DNA of 64,000 bases, from contig JYFJ02000610.1 in assembly GCA_000934665.2 (NCBI GenBank), positions 1 through 64,000 on the forward strand, read 5' to 3'. Shown here piece by piece: positions 13,391-26,187 of the stretch (position 1 is its first letter; every line of letters starts with the position of its first letter). This DNA is from Catajapyx aquilonaris. Taxonomy: Eukaryota. Under the pieces are notes generated by a model. That model did no database searches, was not told the DNA's origin, and was given only the letters and a program-made list of their open reading frames with translations. A program made the translations under genes and the position numbers.

Positions 13391-13584
13391 CAGGGTGATC
13401 CAGATTGGTGGGTCACTTTTTGATAAAATCGCCCGATAGCAGTTATTTTTTTGTAGCTTGTTGTACCCCCAACCATGTGCTATAGAATGGAGGACATGGT
13501 TAGGGGCACAACAAGCTACAAAAATAACTGCTGTTGGGCGATATCAGTTATAAAAAAGTAACTCCACGAATCTGGAACACCCTG
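13391..13584. mobile_element. Tc1/mariner-type MITE (palindromic)
   Basis: TA|CAGGGTG.TCCAGATT ... AATCTGGAACACCCTG|TA. Arms are complementary nearly to the centre. Confidence 0.85.
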
Positions 13585-13610
13585 TATATGTAGGTAGGAG
13601 CTTCCTACAT

Positions 13611-13853
13611 TCTGAGGGTTGGAGGATCAAATCCTGATAATTCACAATATTTCCACTTATTGTAATGGTTTTATTTTAATATCGGTTGTTAAAATATTTA
13701 CCGTTAGACTACCAAACATCGGCTAAAATATATAATTTAGCAGATTTTCGGTAGTCTAACCGTAAATATTTTAACAACTGATATTAAAATAAAACAATTA
13801 CAATAAGTGGAAATATTGTGAGTTTTCAGGATATGATCCTCCAACCCTCAGAA
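13611..13853. repeat. ~243-bp imperfect palindrome of the TGAGGGTTGG.GGATC repeat family
   Basis: Arms are reverse-complementary around ~13731. A partial repeat of the same structure lies at 14287-14455. Confidence 0.8.
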
Positions 13854-13858
13854 TTATA

Positions 13859-14282
13859 CAGGGTGTATCTGAACTCAGTGCCCCGAGGTATATGACTGCC
13901 TTCCTAGCCACCAGAGGATCGATTTAAGTATAGGAATCATTATGTTTGGCCGCCGCATTACTGAGATACACTCTTTAGCGATTTTTGCCTAATCGCTCCT
14001 TCTGACTTTTAAATCGAATTTTCTGGTGTAACTAGCCAAAGAGGCCTTACCACCTGTGGGCAACAAACCAACAAAGTCCCGCCCCCAGACCTTCCAGAGC
14101 CTTCTGACTGGGGGAGGGTTCGATGGGTGGCCTAACCGACAGGATATTTTGTACTACATGTTTGCGGCCAATTATCTCCGTAATGCGGCGGCCAAACATA
14201 ATGATTCCTATACTTAAATCGATCCTCTGGTGGCTAGGAAGGCAGTCATATACGTCGGGGCACTGAGTTCAGATACACCCTG
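13859..14282. mobile_element. Tc1/mariner-type MITE with ~110-bp TIRs
   Basis: TA|CAGGGTGTATCTGAACTCAGTGCCCCGA ... TCGGGGCACTGAGTTCAGATACACCCTG|TA. The long TIRs are near-identical. Confidence 0.92.
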
Positions 14283-15719
14283 TATACCGTTAGACTACCG
14301 AAAATCGGCTAAAAGTGTATAATTCAGCTGATTTTCGGTAGTCTCGCGCTAAATATTTTAACAACCTATATCAAAATAAAACAATTATTACAATAAGTGG
14401 AAATATTGTGAATTTTCAGGATTTGATCCTCCAACCCTCAGAATTATTCTGAGGGTCGGTGGATCAAATCCTAAAAATTCGCCATATTTTTTGTAATCGT
14501 TTTATTTTAATATCGTTTTTAAACTATCTTTTCGTATCGTTTGACCGCCATTGTTTGATACTTGATACCTACTTTCGTTCAACATGTAACAACATTTTGT
14601 GTGACTTATCTCTCGGGTACTCTGCAGGTAAAAATTAATATTGCTTCTTACTATCAAATAATCTATCGTACACATTGCAAAATCAGGTAAAAATTTCGAC
14701 AAAACAGACGAGACTTTTACCAATTTATTTCTACATGCTCTTCAAATGGACTCTGACTTTGACTGATACCAGACCCGAAGTTTAAGCGCCATTTGTTCAC
14801 CCAAAATAATGCGTCTTTTGAAATTGGTTTCACTCGGTGCTGTTAATTACAGTCCTACCCCCTTTTCAAAGAGTTTAAGCCCAAATCCATCGCCAACGTT
14901 GACGTTACTCGGCCACGTACATCATATAAAAAAAGTCCCAAAAGGTCAAGTCCACTCCGATCAAATTCTGTATCCCCAGTTGGTCTGAATTGGTCCAGAA
15001 CCCCTTTTGGCATCAGCTCCCACCAAATGAACCTATTAGGCTGATAGGTTGGATGATGTTTGGAAAATTTTTGCTCAGGGACACGATGTGGTTCGTCATC
15101 ATTCATAGAAGCTATTCATGGTTCAATTCACAGGGGGGCCAAAATTTCTCAAAATTTTATACCCTATTTCAATACTGTTTGAAAAGGACTGACTTTCCTC
15201 TTTAAAAAAAATATCGTCTGCATAATAGCAGTTTAATCCATCTCAACTTTGTACATGCCTTTTAGCACAATCACATTAAATGAAGGAAAATTTCCATACC
15301 CCATTTCCAACAGCCTTTGCTGATAAAACTGGTTGCATTGGTGTGCAAGGACAGAATGGCCAAAAGAGCTACATTCACGGGCTGTTAATTTTGCAAAAGA
15401 TGCCAAGTACGGAAGGAGAGCAGCTGGTTTCCCATTCGTGTTGGAAATTGCAGTGTCCTAGGGGCGTCCCTGAATATTAAGGACTATAGAAGCCCCTCTT
15501 CTCCGATAGCATCGGCTTGCTTGTTTCCAAGAGGTATCCATCAACAAGTGGCGAGGGAATGACATGGGGGTGGCAGAGCCTCTCCTGGAGCCTCGCTCTG
15601 AGACTCCAATTATCTCTTATTGATCTTGTGAATAATTAAGAAAGCAAGGTGATTCACGGCTTCAAGCTTCTAGGATGGGGATGTGAAAAAGGAATTTTAT
15701 GGACTAACGAGGATGCAGA

Positions 15720-16750
15720 CATTCTAGGGCTTTTTAGGGCAATGGAAATGTATTGTCGCTATAAATATGTGGAAAGCTTCAAAGGACAATAGAAGTCCAG
15801 GATATCACTTTTAGCACCTATTCATACAGATACAAAAGGTCGATTTTTTGTTTTAGGGCAATTTAGGGCAATTAGGGTTGGTATAAATGTCATACGGAAA
15901 GCTTCAAAGGAGCGTAGTAGTGCAGGCTATCACTTTTAGCACCTATTCATACAGATACAAAAGGTTGATTTAAATGTTTTTGTTTTAGGGCAATTTAGGA
16001 CAATTTAGGGTAATTAGTATACACCTGTCATATGGAAAGCTTCAAATGAGCATAGAAGTGCAGACTTTCACTGTGAGAACATAATTATATAGATGCAAAA
16101 AGTTTGTTGAAAAATCCTCGTGATTCAGAGCATTTTAGGGCAATTAGGGCAATGAAACCAGTGTTTCTATAGCCTACACAATTATGTGGAAAGCTTCAAA
16201 GGAGCATAGAAGTGGAGGCTATCACTATTAGCACCTACTCATACAAATATAAAAGTCTATAGTTGATAAATTATCATGCTTTAGGAGTTTAGGGCAATTA
16301 GGGCAATGAAATGGGGTAATCATAATTATGTGTAAAGGTTAAAAAGAGCTTTAGAAGTACAGAATATCATTATTAGAACCAAGACTTATTTAAAGACGCA
16401 AAAAATTATATAAATTTTTTTGTTTTATGGCGATTTAGGGCAATAAGGGCAATAAAAGGGTATTGTTCCTGTACATATGTACAAAGCTTCAAAGTAGCAT
16501 AGACCTGCAGACTATCTTTATTAGAACATATTATTAAATGCAAATGGTTTGTTGACAAATCTTCACTATTCAGAGCATTTTAGGGCAATTAGGGCAATGA
16601 GAGGGTATTGTTCCTGTACATACGGTATGTACAAAAGCTTCACAGGAGCATTAGAAGTGCATACTATCATTATTAACACCTATTTATTATTACAAAAGGT
16701 TTTTTGAACATTTTCATATTTTAGGGCATTTTAGGGCTGCCTTAGGGTTC
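15720..16750. repeat. degenerate tandem repeat (~120-150 bp unit; TTTAGGGCAATTAGGGCAAT...GAAAGCTTCAAAGGAGCATAGAAGTGCAG)
   Basis: About 7 recognisable units. Confidence 0.85.
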
Positions 16751-16930
16751 TGTGTTGAAATACGGCAAATTATGCCAGTTTTTTGGCTTGTAACGTGTCC
16801 TAATGTTTTCATGACTGAAATCGACATTTTATTTAAAATTAGAACTATTGTTTCCATCGGTTTCCACTGATGCTAACCTGTGTTACCATGGATCCTCTTT
16901 TTACCTTGCGCACAGAGAATTCAGATTTAA

Positions 16931-17711
16931 ATAGGAACAGTTTGGACACATTTGCTTTTAAAACTGTAATCTACGTTTAATTTACTGATTAAATCGCTCT
17001 ACATTATATTTATATTTCAATTTTAGACCACTTTTTGTTCATCAGTGGTAGGCTACATCCCCCAAAATTTTGTGTGCCAGGAGCTTGATTGAAATGTGCA
17101 CACTATTTCGGTGTTTAAAGCTATCTATGAAATTTTCATTGGCAATTTAGGTGTGCACAAGTTGAGGGTCTCGAACACGGGTAGAGCCAATTTGGAATCG
17201 TCCACCAAAAACCGCTCTGGGAAACAGTTTCACGGGGAACACGTCGCACTGCAGAACCCCCCGTGCCATTTTGCCTGTGGCCTAATGAAATTCCACTAAC
17301 GCATCATAGCCATCCAAAAGAGAAGCAAAGAGGGTTCAAAGAGGGGTACAGATTTCCGCCCAGGAGGCCGATGTACTATGAAATGTGTTTAGCACAATTT
17401 TGCTTTGATAGATCCAGGCGTGACAGGTGGGCATAGTTTTATAGCGCCTTTGTACATTGTACTTAGAGCCACATATTAGCAAAGGTGCCAAACATGTCAA
17501 TCTACATTGTTAAAAAAATTGTGTCAGGCCTTGCTTCAAAAAAAATAGCGAACTACCTACAAATCACAGGGTCGCGGGTTCGAACCCTGTCAGGGGTTCG
17601 AACTGTTTTCGGTCGATCCAATACCCTGCTTAAAAAATCGTGTATAGTAGTTGTCAGTCAGATCATGTTAGAACCAGCTAATTTTCCTAGCACATTTTTG
17701 CTGTTTCCTAT
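16931..17711. mobile_element. possible TTAA-specific (Kolobok-like) non-autonomous DNA transposon
   Basis: TTAA|ATAGGAACAG ... CTGTTTCCTAT|TTAA. The TIR is short and imperfect. Confidence 0.4.
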
Positions 17712-18139
17712 TTAAACGGGTCAAAGTGTTTTCAAGTCCCCAGCACGTATATAATTTACAAGTCAAAATCTACCCTCAACTTTATAAAACAGAGCAAATT
17801 AGGTAAGTTAACAGGATAGCGATGAGCTATTTGCATGTGTAGCCCAAGTTGCGCATCGCATTTGCATAGGAAGCTTTGAACTTCAGAGAAAACGCTAGGA
17901 TCTGCATTTTCAAGGAGATGTGGACTTAAAAATAGAGAAATGTACCATGGGCATACACTGAGTAACAGAAACACCGCGAGAAACTAGTGAAGGCAGAAAA
18001 TCTCTCTTGCTGGCTCATAGTCTTCATCAGTCGCTAAATGAGAACAGTGCTACTTATTGGTGAAAATAGCTCATAAACCATCAAAATTTGACTTCGTGAC
18101 TTTTTCTGTACCCTGACTATATACCGTATATTAAATTCT

Positions 18140-18268
18140 GCATTAAAATCGCTTAAAATAGCTTAAATCACTTAAAATAGCTTAATAGCTTAAAATAGCT
18201 TAATAGCTTAAAATAGCTTAATAGCTTAAAATAGCTTAATAGCTTAAAATAGCTTAAAATCGCTTAAG
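18140..18268. repeat. minisatellite (AATAGCTT[AA])n
   Basis: Directly visible tandem units. Confidence 0.92.
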
Positions 18269-18461
18269 TGATATTATTTTCGAATTTTTGTGTTTGACAT
18301 GGAAATACTGTACCTCTTTTACGTATTTTATTTATTTACTTATTTATTCGACTAATTAGTATTGTGTTATAACTGAGGATCTGCTGGATGAATGAATGAA
18401 TGAGCAAACAAACAAACAAAATTCATACTTGTACATAGGCCTACATGCATATACATACATA

Positions 18462-18823
18462 CACTGTACTGCCGATTATCCTGGATAATGGCTGCACGGG
18501 TGTCGCCGGATAATCGGAAATCGGATAATCGGTTAATCGGATAATCGGAATAATCGGAAAACACAGATCATCGGAAAATGGTCCTAGATGGCGTAAAATG
18601 AGATATTCGTAGGTTTTTATGTGCACGACTGTACATACTGTATTTTGCTTTAAATAATATTTAATCAAAATTTAAGAAATTCGGTAGATTTTTAGTTTGT
18701 TTTCTGTAAAACGTTTATTATATTTTGTTCGCGAGAAAAAGTTGCATTTTTTTCGGACTTCGGTTTTAACGATGCACTGATAATCCCCCAATAATCCACA
18801 CCCGAATAATCAGGAGTACAGTG
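18462..18823. mobile_element. pogo/Tigger-like MITE
   Basis: TA|CACTGTACT.C.GATTAT ... ATAATCAGGAGTACAGTG|TA, with internal GGATAATCGG repeats. Confidence 0.75.
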
Positions 18824-18854
18824 TATTTATTCGACTATTAGTATCAATACGCAT

Positions 18855-19506
18855 TGTGAATGAATAATAATTATTTCCTAATGAGTGAATAAATAATTAT
18901 TTACTAATGAATAATGAAATGAATGAATGAAAATGGAATGAAATGAATATATGGATAAAGCAGGAAATGAATGAATGAATAATTTCCTAATGGACGAACT
19001 GAACGAATGAATGCATGAATGATTTCCTGATGGATGAACTGAATGAATGAATGCATGAATGATTTCCTGATGGATGAAATGAATGAATGGATGAATGATT
19101 TCCTAATGGATGAAATGAATGAAGGAAAGAAAATTGAATGAAATGAATGGAGAAAGAAGGAAATGAATGAATAAATAATTTCCTAATGAATTATTGAATG
19201 AATGGATGAACGAAAATGGAATGAAATGAATTGATGAAAAAAGAAATGAACCAATGAATAATTTCCTAATGAAAGAGTTAATTAATGAACTAATTAATTC
19301 CTAAAGAGTGAATCAATCATTTCCTAATGAGTGAATGAATCATTTTCTAATGAGTGAATGAATCATTTCCTAATGAGTGAATGAATCATTTCCTAATGAG
19401 TGAATGAATCATTTCCGAATGAGTGAATGAATCATTTCCTAATGAATGGATGGATGGATGAAAGAGAGAATGTATTCCGAATGAATGAAAGAATGAACGA
19501 ATGAAT
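18855..19506. repeat. (GAAT)n-derived compound minisatellite with TTTCCTAATG units
   Basis: Directly visible. Confidence 0.88.
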
Positions 19507-20409
19507 ACATGGTGTAAGCTGTAAATGATCTAAAATATAAAAAAACAATTATAAATTAAGTGTAGGAAATCACTTAAATTTTCATACACTTTAAAAAATT
19601 AAAGATATCAATATCTAGTATGTGTCTACTTCAACAATCCTGACTCCTGACTTTGCTCCAACACACACCCATAATATGTAATCTTCTTTTTTTATTTTAT
19701 GGTGCTCGAGCAAATAATTACCACACATATTCAACACTCCAGCCCATTCGCATGTAATGATCCTCATCCTCTCACACCCATGGCCTACATACCCACAGCA
19801 TCTGAGCCCATTCATTCTCACATATTCCCCAACTCTCTTTGTGCATTTGGACCGTGTACAGAGAATCCTAGTTGCAGTACGTGTACAAAGTGAGAGTGGG
19901 TTTAAAAAAGCAAATTCGTTACTCTGAAAATTGGAGGAACGTGCAGAGAACTGAGGCAGAAACTCTGGAGACACAAAGTTTGTACTGCGATGGGAGCCCA
20001 CCCCTTTTGCGGTGGCGCTTCCAAAAGCTTTGCGGAACGTTGGCTGACCGCAAACACGTTCCAGCTCTTTATACAGTTTTTTTTTTACAGGATAGAAAAA
20101 AAACCGGTTCTAGAATTTTCTCTGGAAATTGTAAAAGTCTGGAACGATCGTCATCGTTTATGGCTTCGAAGCTGTCTGGAAGATAATTTTTAATCTGGTT
20201 TTAAAGCCGTTGAAGTTTGCACTGCATCAGCAACACCATCTGTCAAGTTGGAGCGTTGGGAATGGCGGCTATAAAACTGGGCCGAAGAGTGTCAGGAACT
20301 TGGCACGTAGCGTTAAGGATAAACGGAAGTCATGTGAAGAGGAAGGAACCACTGGACTGGACTGACTAGTTTCGTTCAATTTCAGCATTAAATGTAATTT
20401 TTTCACTTA

Positions 20410-20702
20410 AAATAAGTGGAAGAAAGACACTTTTCCACTTAAAACCGTTCTTACAAGTGGAAGAAAGACACTTTTCCACCTAAAACCGTCCTTACAAGTG
20501 GAAGAAATACTCTTTTCCACCTAAAACCGTCCTTACCCGTGGAAGAAAGACACTTTTCCACCTAAAACCGTCCTTACAAGTAGAAGAAATACTTTTTTCC
20601 ACCTAAAACTGTCTTACCTTCCACTTACATTCGGAAAAAAAGATACTTTTCCACTTAAACAGCCCTAATTTCCATTTGCAATTTGAAAGAAAGACACTTT
20701 TG
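20410..20702. repeat. 41-bp tandem repeat (AAGTGGAAGAAAGACACTTTTCCACCTAAAACCGTCCTTAC)
   Basis: About 5 good units plus degenerate copies, with no spacers. Confidence 0.9.
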
Positions 20703-20734
20703 ATTTGATCGACAACTTAAGCAAGAACCTATGC

Positions 20735-21190
20735 GATATTTCACATATTTTGTAAAATATATCAAACATCGATAGTATCGCAAAATCTAATCCGAGCCCA
20801 AATTGTCCATTCTGATTTCATACGTAATATTTACTTGAACAACAGCTTTCTTAAGCCAAAAGGGACAATTCTTATAGTTTGTAACAAATATATCGATAGT
20901 ATCGACAAATCTAATCCGAGCCCAAATTCTCCATTCTAATTTCATATTTAATATTTACTTGATCAACAGCTTTCTTAAGCCAAAAAGGACAATTATATTT
21001 TGTAACAAATATATCGATACTATCGACAAATTTAATCTGACCCAAATTGCATATTTTAATTAAATATTAAAGGCCTGACCTGATCAACAACTTTCTTAAG
21101 CCAGAAGCGACATTCGTATATTTTGTAACAAATATATTGGTAATATCGATACTATCGACAAATCTAATCTGACCAAAATTGTCCATTTTG
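20735..21190. repeat. ~125-bp tandem repeat (4 units)
   Basis: TTTGTAACAAATATATCGATA.TATCGACAAATCTAATC.GA.CC.AAATT...CAACAGCTTTCTTAAGCCA is repeated. Confidence 0.88.
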
Positions 21191-21598
21191 GCCTCTGAAA
21201 TACCCCCTCGGACTGACACTCTCATTATGAACAACATCCTGGTCCACCACCAACGATTTCCCATACATCAACCTGATAAAGACCATAGTCGTAAAGTGTT
21301 ACACCTGCAGGACACTTTTTGAGCCCGGTCCTAGATTTGGCTTTAATGAGACAACAAGGAAAAATGCATGCAACGCTCCTGGTTGTGGGATAACGCAATC
21401 TTTCCACATATTGCACGCAGGTTTGCACTAACCCGATTTCCCAGAGCAGGAGCATTCGATTGCATTCTATTATCATATTACAACCGGTGGCGTACGCTTA
21501 ACAGGTATTTACATGGTAATTGGAATTTTTGTCTCGTGGGTCATTTGTTGGATGTGACCATAAAGCGTGACGTCACATCAAGAAACTACCAGTATATG

Positions 21599-22631
21599 CG
21601 AAGGGTTATCCACCCTGGTAATCTGGTATACACTTCATTAGGTAATGCTGGGAATCATGTCGTAGCAATCATAGGTAATTATGATAATCATAAGCATGTT
21701 TGTTTGTTTGTTTGTTTGTTGTTTTTTTAGACTTTGTCTGCCAGAAGCACCTGCCGCTTGGGCGACCCTCCTCCTTCACATGTTTATTATCTTGAGATAT
21801 AAGTTATCTTGAGATTATCTTGAGATATACTAGGAATACATGCTTATGATTATGATTGCCCAGAATCATAAGCATGTAATCCTAGTGTATCTCAAGATAA
21901 TCGGTAATCTGGGCAATCATAAGGTAATACAGTAGAGACTAGAATCATATGGTGTAATCATAAGGTAGTTTGGTGTAATCATAAGGTAGTTTGGTGTAAT
22001 CATAAGGTAATATAGGGCAATCATAAGGTAATATTGTGTAATTATAAGGTAATATAGGGCAATCATAAGGTAATATTGTGTAATTATAAGGTAATATAGG
22101 ACAATCATAAGGTAATATTGTGTAATCATATGGTTATCTGGATAATCTAGCGTAAACATGAGGTAATCTGGGCGATCATAAGGTAATATGGTGTAATCAT
22201 AAGGAAATCTAGGGGTAAACATAAGGTAATCTGGGCAATCATAAGGAAATCTAGGGGAAACATAAGGTAATCTGGGCAATCATAAGGTAATATGGTATAG
22301 TCATAAGGTAATATTGGGTAATCATAAGTTAATCTGGATAATCGAGGGTAAACATAAGGTCATCTGGGCAAACATAAGATAATATGGTGTAATCATAAGG
22401 AAATGTAGGGTAAACATAAGAAAATCTGGGCAATCATAAGGTAATGGGCAATCGTAAGGTAATCTGGGCAAACATAAGGTAATATGGTGTAATCGTAAGG
22501 TAATATAGGGTAATCATGAGGTAATCTATGGTAATCATAAGGTAATCTGGATAATCTTAGTAACATTGGTAATCCATGGTAATCAAGAGTAATCATGGCG
22601 TACATTTCTTAGGAGAGTGTGTAACCCTTTG
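21599..22631 (+). mobile_element. hAT-type MITE with an expanded (GTAATCATAAG) minisatellite
   Basis: Ends CGAAGGGTTATCCAC.CT / AGAGTGTGTAACCCTTTG. Flanks CCAGTA(TA)TG / CCAGTATG. Left block shared with 35442 and 36641. Confidence 0.75.
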
Positions 22632-23079
22632 CCAGTATGTGAACGTACAATAAGATGATTTCACATGAAGGGGGTGATTCGACTTGGAACGTTCCTTCTG
22701 CACCTTTAATGCGCAGTAATGAAGTTTATCGACGCTCATTATTAATTCAAAGACTTTGAAACCGGTGCCAAGTTGCCGTGAGAACCTGGAACACTTGGAA
22801 GAAACTGAAGATTTTGTTTGATGTGATTTTACCTATCGTCAGTTTTGGGCGACCATCTGCGACGATGTGTCAGGCCTATCTTACAAATTGAATCTCATGA
22901 TTCTAAGTTGGTTCTAGGAAGGAGGGGGGAATAATTACCGTTGTCAGACGCTCGTGTTGCGCGAGTAACACACTCCGGTAGCAGCACTTAATTCGAAATG
23001 ATCGATCTCTGACTTGTCACTGCAGCAGCGTTTCCTGCCTGGTAATAAGGCTGGAGGCAATGAACGACGTTCAAATTCC

Positions 23080-23860
23080 AGAGAATTTGGTCACAATAGT
23101 TGAAATATCGTTTTTAGATATAGAGGATCGATGTTCGATATATTTCGATATTTCATGCGCATTTGAGTGGTCACGTCTGTCTCGTTTTTATATCAAAAGT
23201 CTATGCGATATATGGAAAATCGATGCGACACGTCAAAACCCGATAATTTAAATATTGGTCTAAATAATTTTTAAATTATCGTGTTTTGACGTATCACAAC
23301 GATCTTTGGATAATTATACAGTATTTTGATTTTTCATTCGCATTTGAGTGATCACCTCTTGTGAAATTTGATCTAATTTTTTAAATTATTGGTTTGTGAC
23401 ATATCGCATCGATTTTCAATATATCGCATCGATTATCGATGTATTTCGATTTTCATGAGCATTTGAGTGGTCACATATTTCTCGTTTTATATCAAAAATC
23501 GATTCGACATATCGAAAATCGATTCGACACTTTAAAAACCGATAATTTAAAAATTGGTCGAAATTTAACATTATCGTTTCTTGACGTATCACAACGCTGT
23601 TTGATATATTTTGATTTTTCATGCGCATATGTCTTGTGATATTTGGTCTAAAATTTTACATTATCGGTTTTTACGTATCGCATCGATTTTCAATATATTT
23701 CGATTTTATGCGCATTTGAGTGGTCACTTCTTTCTAGTGAAATTAGTTGCAATTTTAAATCATCGTTTTTCGATATACAGCGTCGATATCTCGATATATC
23801 GTGCCAATTTTCGATATTTTTCGATTTTCCATGCCAATTTGAGTGGTCACGTCTTTTTAG
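23080..23860. repeat. degenerate tandem repeat (GCATTTGAGTGGTCAC / ATCG-rich)
   Basis: ATTTGAGTG.TCAC recurs at ~23161, 23342, 23461, 23714 and 23837. Confidence 0.75.
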
Positions 23861-24732
23861 CCTCATATTAAGGCCAAGCTCAAGAACCTTGATCTTATTT
23901 ACTACGAAGAAGCCCCCCGACAGAGATGTGGACGACTCTCGTAAATTGTGTTTGTGGAGTGGCATGGAGCATCAGTGGTCCTTCGTAACAAAATTGGGGA
24001 AAAAGTTCATCCTGAATTCCACAAGGAGCAGCTACTTGCTCTTACCTTTTCACTCAAACCGCCTTTGGGAATAATATGTACAGTATATGTCACTATAATC
24101 GACAAAATAGATACGAGTTCCAATTTGAAATTCTTGTAACAACTTGTAATGGTGGAACTTTTTTTTCCGATTTCGATCCAACTTTAAATTGGATTGGAAC
24201 TATTTTCAACTAGATTCCACGCCGAAACTATTTTTAATGGCAATTCCGTTGTACTGTAAATCGTAAAAAAAGCCGTACCGGTACTTTAAGACATCCATTT
24301 TTTTCGACCCCAAAAGAGGTCAGATTCACATCAAATAAGCAAACCCAAACCTACCTCGAATCGCAGGTAAACCTCAAGGGCTTTCGGCACGTCAACACAA
24401 TTCGTTCCGGACGCATCGCCACTGAACCCTATAGTCCCCAGCAAAGAGTACCGGGTAGGGGGTATGGTAGGCTATAGAAGTTGAGAAAAAAAAATAGTTG
24501 ATCGACTTCCGATTTCCTTCCTTTAAGGCCCCGAGGAAGAGCAGCTGACAACTTGGAGGACCACTGGGAATGCTATCTAAGCCAACATATTTACAGCTCC
24601 AAGCTAGATCGAATCCGTGGTCTGATCTTATGTTATGCAGCTATGGAGACTCTGAAGATTATTACGCGATAATAGTTTGTCTTGTAAATATTTCGGCACA
24701 AATTTTTCTAACATCCATATTTGGGATTTATA

Positions 24733-25100
24733 TCCTTCTAAAAAGTGTACCCCATGATTACTCTAGAAGTCTAGATTACATTATGATTACCTTGTGATTA
24801 CCCTAGATTACCTTGTGATTACCCTAGATTACCTTATGAGTACCCATTATTACACTAGATTATTACCTCATGATTACACTGGATTACCTCATGATTACCC
24901 TAGATTACCATATGAATATCATGCGCTAGATTACCTCATGATTACCCTAGATTACCATCAGAGTACCGTACACTAGATTACCTCATGATTACCCTAGATT
25001 ACCATCAGAGTATCGTACACTAGATTACCTCATGATTACCCTAGATTACCATCAGAGTATCGTACACTAGAGTACCTTATGATTACCCTTTATTACACTA
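24733..25100 (-). mobile_element. partial minus-strand copy of the GTAATCAT-minisatellite MITE
   Basis: TCCTTCTAAAAAGTGTACCCCATGATTAC is reverse-complementary to the right-end block of 22590-22618 and 37137-37168, followed by an (ATGATTACC.TAGATTACC) array. Confidence 0.6.
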
Positions 25101-26093
25101 GGTACTTTAAACAGTAGGCATGAACTAACATGTCTGTAAATCAGGTGTTCAAATGAAGTCCTTCAAACGGACAACTTTCAAGCCTGCTCAAACACAACAG
25201 ATTGCCTGGCGATCTCCCCCTGTCAAATACCATGTCACGCATGTTACCTCACATGAAACGAGTTGATGAGTATCCTCATATTTCCACTCCCCAAGAGTTT
25301 TAAGGCATGCCCTTAACAACTCCATACACGCGTAATTAGACCATGGCACGCACGTTGGTGTTTGTGCGCGAATCGCATGCAACGTTAGGTCGTTCGCGCC
25401 GAATTGCCCCTTTCCGTCTTGCTAGAACTTGCCAAGTGTACTTGCTGCCTTCCTCATCAAAGAGCACCGAACGTGCTAATTTCATGGACTAATTCCTTGC
25501 GCACTTGCTGGCTTCCTACGCCCCATTCATTTCGTCTAGAAGGAGGCGTTAGAGCAGCAAAACAGCCGCCGGAGATAGTTCCAGGCCACCATTTGCGGAG
25601 CACCCTTTTACTTGAAGCTGTGGCGTTTCTAGGGACACCCCTACCAACCCTTATCTCTTCTGACGACAACTTGGGAGCCTTTCGATAAGATAGCCTTTCA
25701 GATTCACCCTAATGAAAGCACGGGTTTATGTACACCCGGGGTTTGTGTGAACAAGGGACTCTCATACGGGGTTTCTCTCCCTCTAGAGAACGCCCTCTGG
25801 GCACAGTCTAATGAAGAATAAAACGAAGGGCGATCGCATCGTGTTGATGCATTACAGCAGGGGGATGTGATAAGACTGAGGAGTTTCGGATGAGATTGGA
25901 AACGGTGTGGACCTGACAGCTCTTTTCCTCTCCTGTCTAACGAGATAGGATGCCCCCGTATAGTGGTGATCTGGACACACCCAATCTTAGAGATGTGCCT
26001 TGTAATTGAATTTTTGGTGCCAGGAGATTCGAAATTTATTAATATTAAAATAGTTTGATACATAGGTAACATGTAGGCACAGAGAACTTACAT

Positions 26094-26187
26094 GGTCAGG
26101 TGACTACACGAGACTGCTCGTAGAGTCAGGTGACTATACGAGACTGATCGTAGAGTCAGGTGACTATACGAGACTGATCGTAGAGTA
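26094..26187. repeat. 30-bp tandem repeat x3 (GTCAGGTGACTA.ACGAGACTG.TCGTAGA)
   Basis: Head-to-tail copies with no spacers. Confidence 0.9.

Noticed and set aside
15720..16750. TTAGGG motifs suggesting telomeric repeats
   Set aside because: They occur as TTAGGGCAAT within a longer degenerate unit, never as (TTAGGG)n.
17566..17602. tRNA-like B-box GGGTTCGAACCC
   Set aside because: There is no cloverleaf or clear A-box, so it is at most a decayed SINE head.
19615..20001. 128-aa minus-strand ORF with a faint resemblance (RMNGLRCCGYVGH) to the LRW.GHV motif of RTE-type LINEs
   Set aside because: The resemblance is too short and degenerate to support without a profile search, and no RT motifs lie nearby.
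20410..20702. Possible CRISPR array (also 26094-26187 and the hairpin arrays)
   Set aside because: The repeats are head-to-tail with no unique spacers, there are no cas genes, and the context is eukaryotic.
21917..22605. Y/L/M/I-rich ORFs (also 24794, 35578, 36697)
   Set aside because: They are translations of the GTAATCAT minisatellite.
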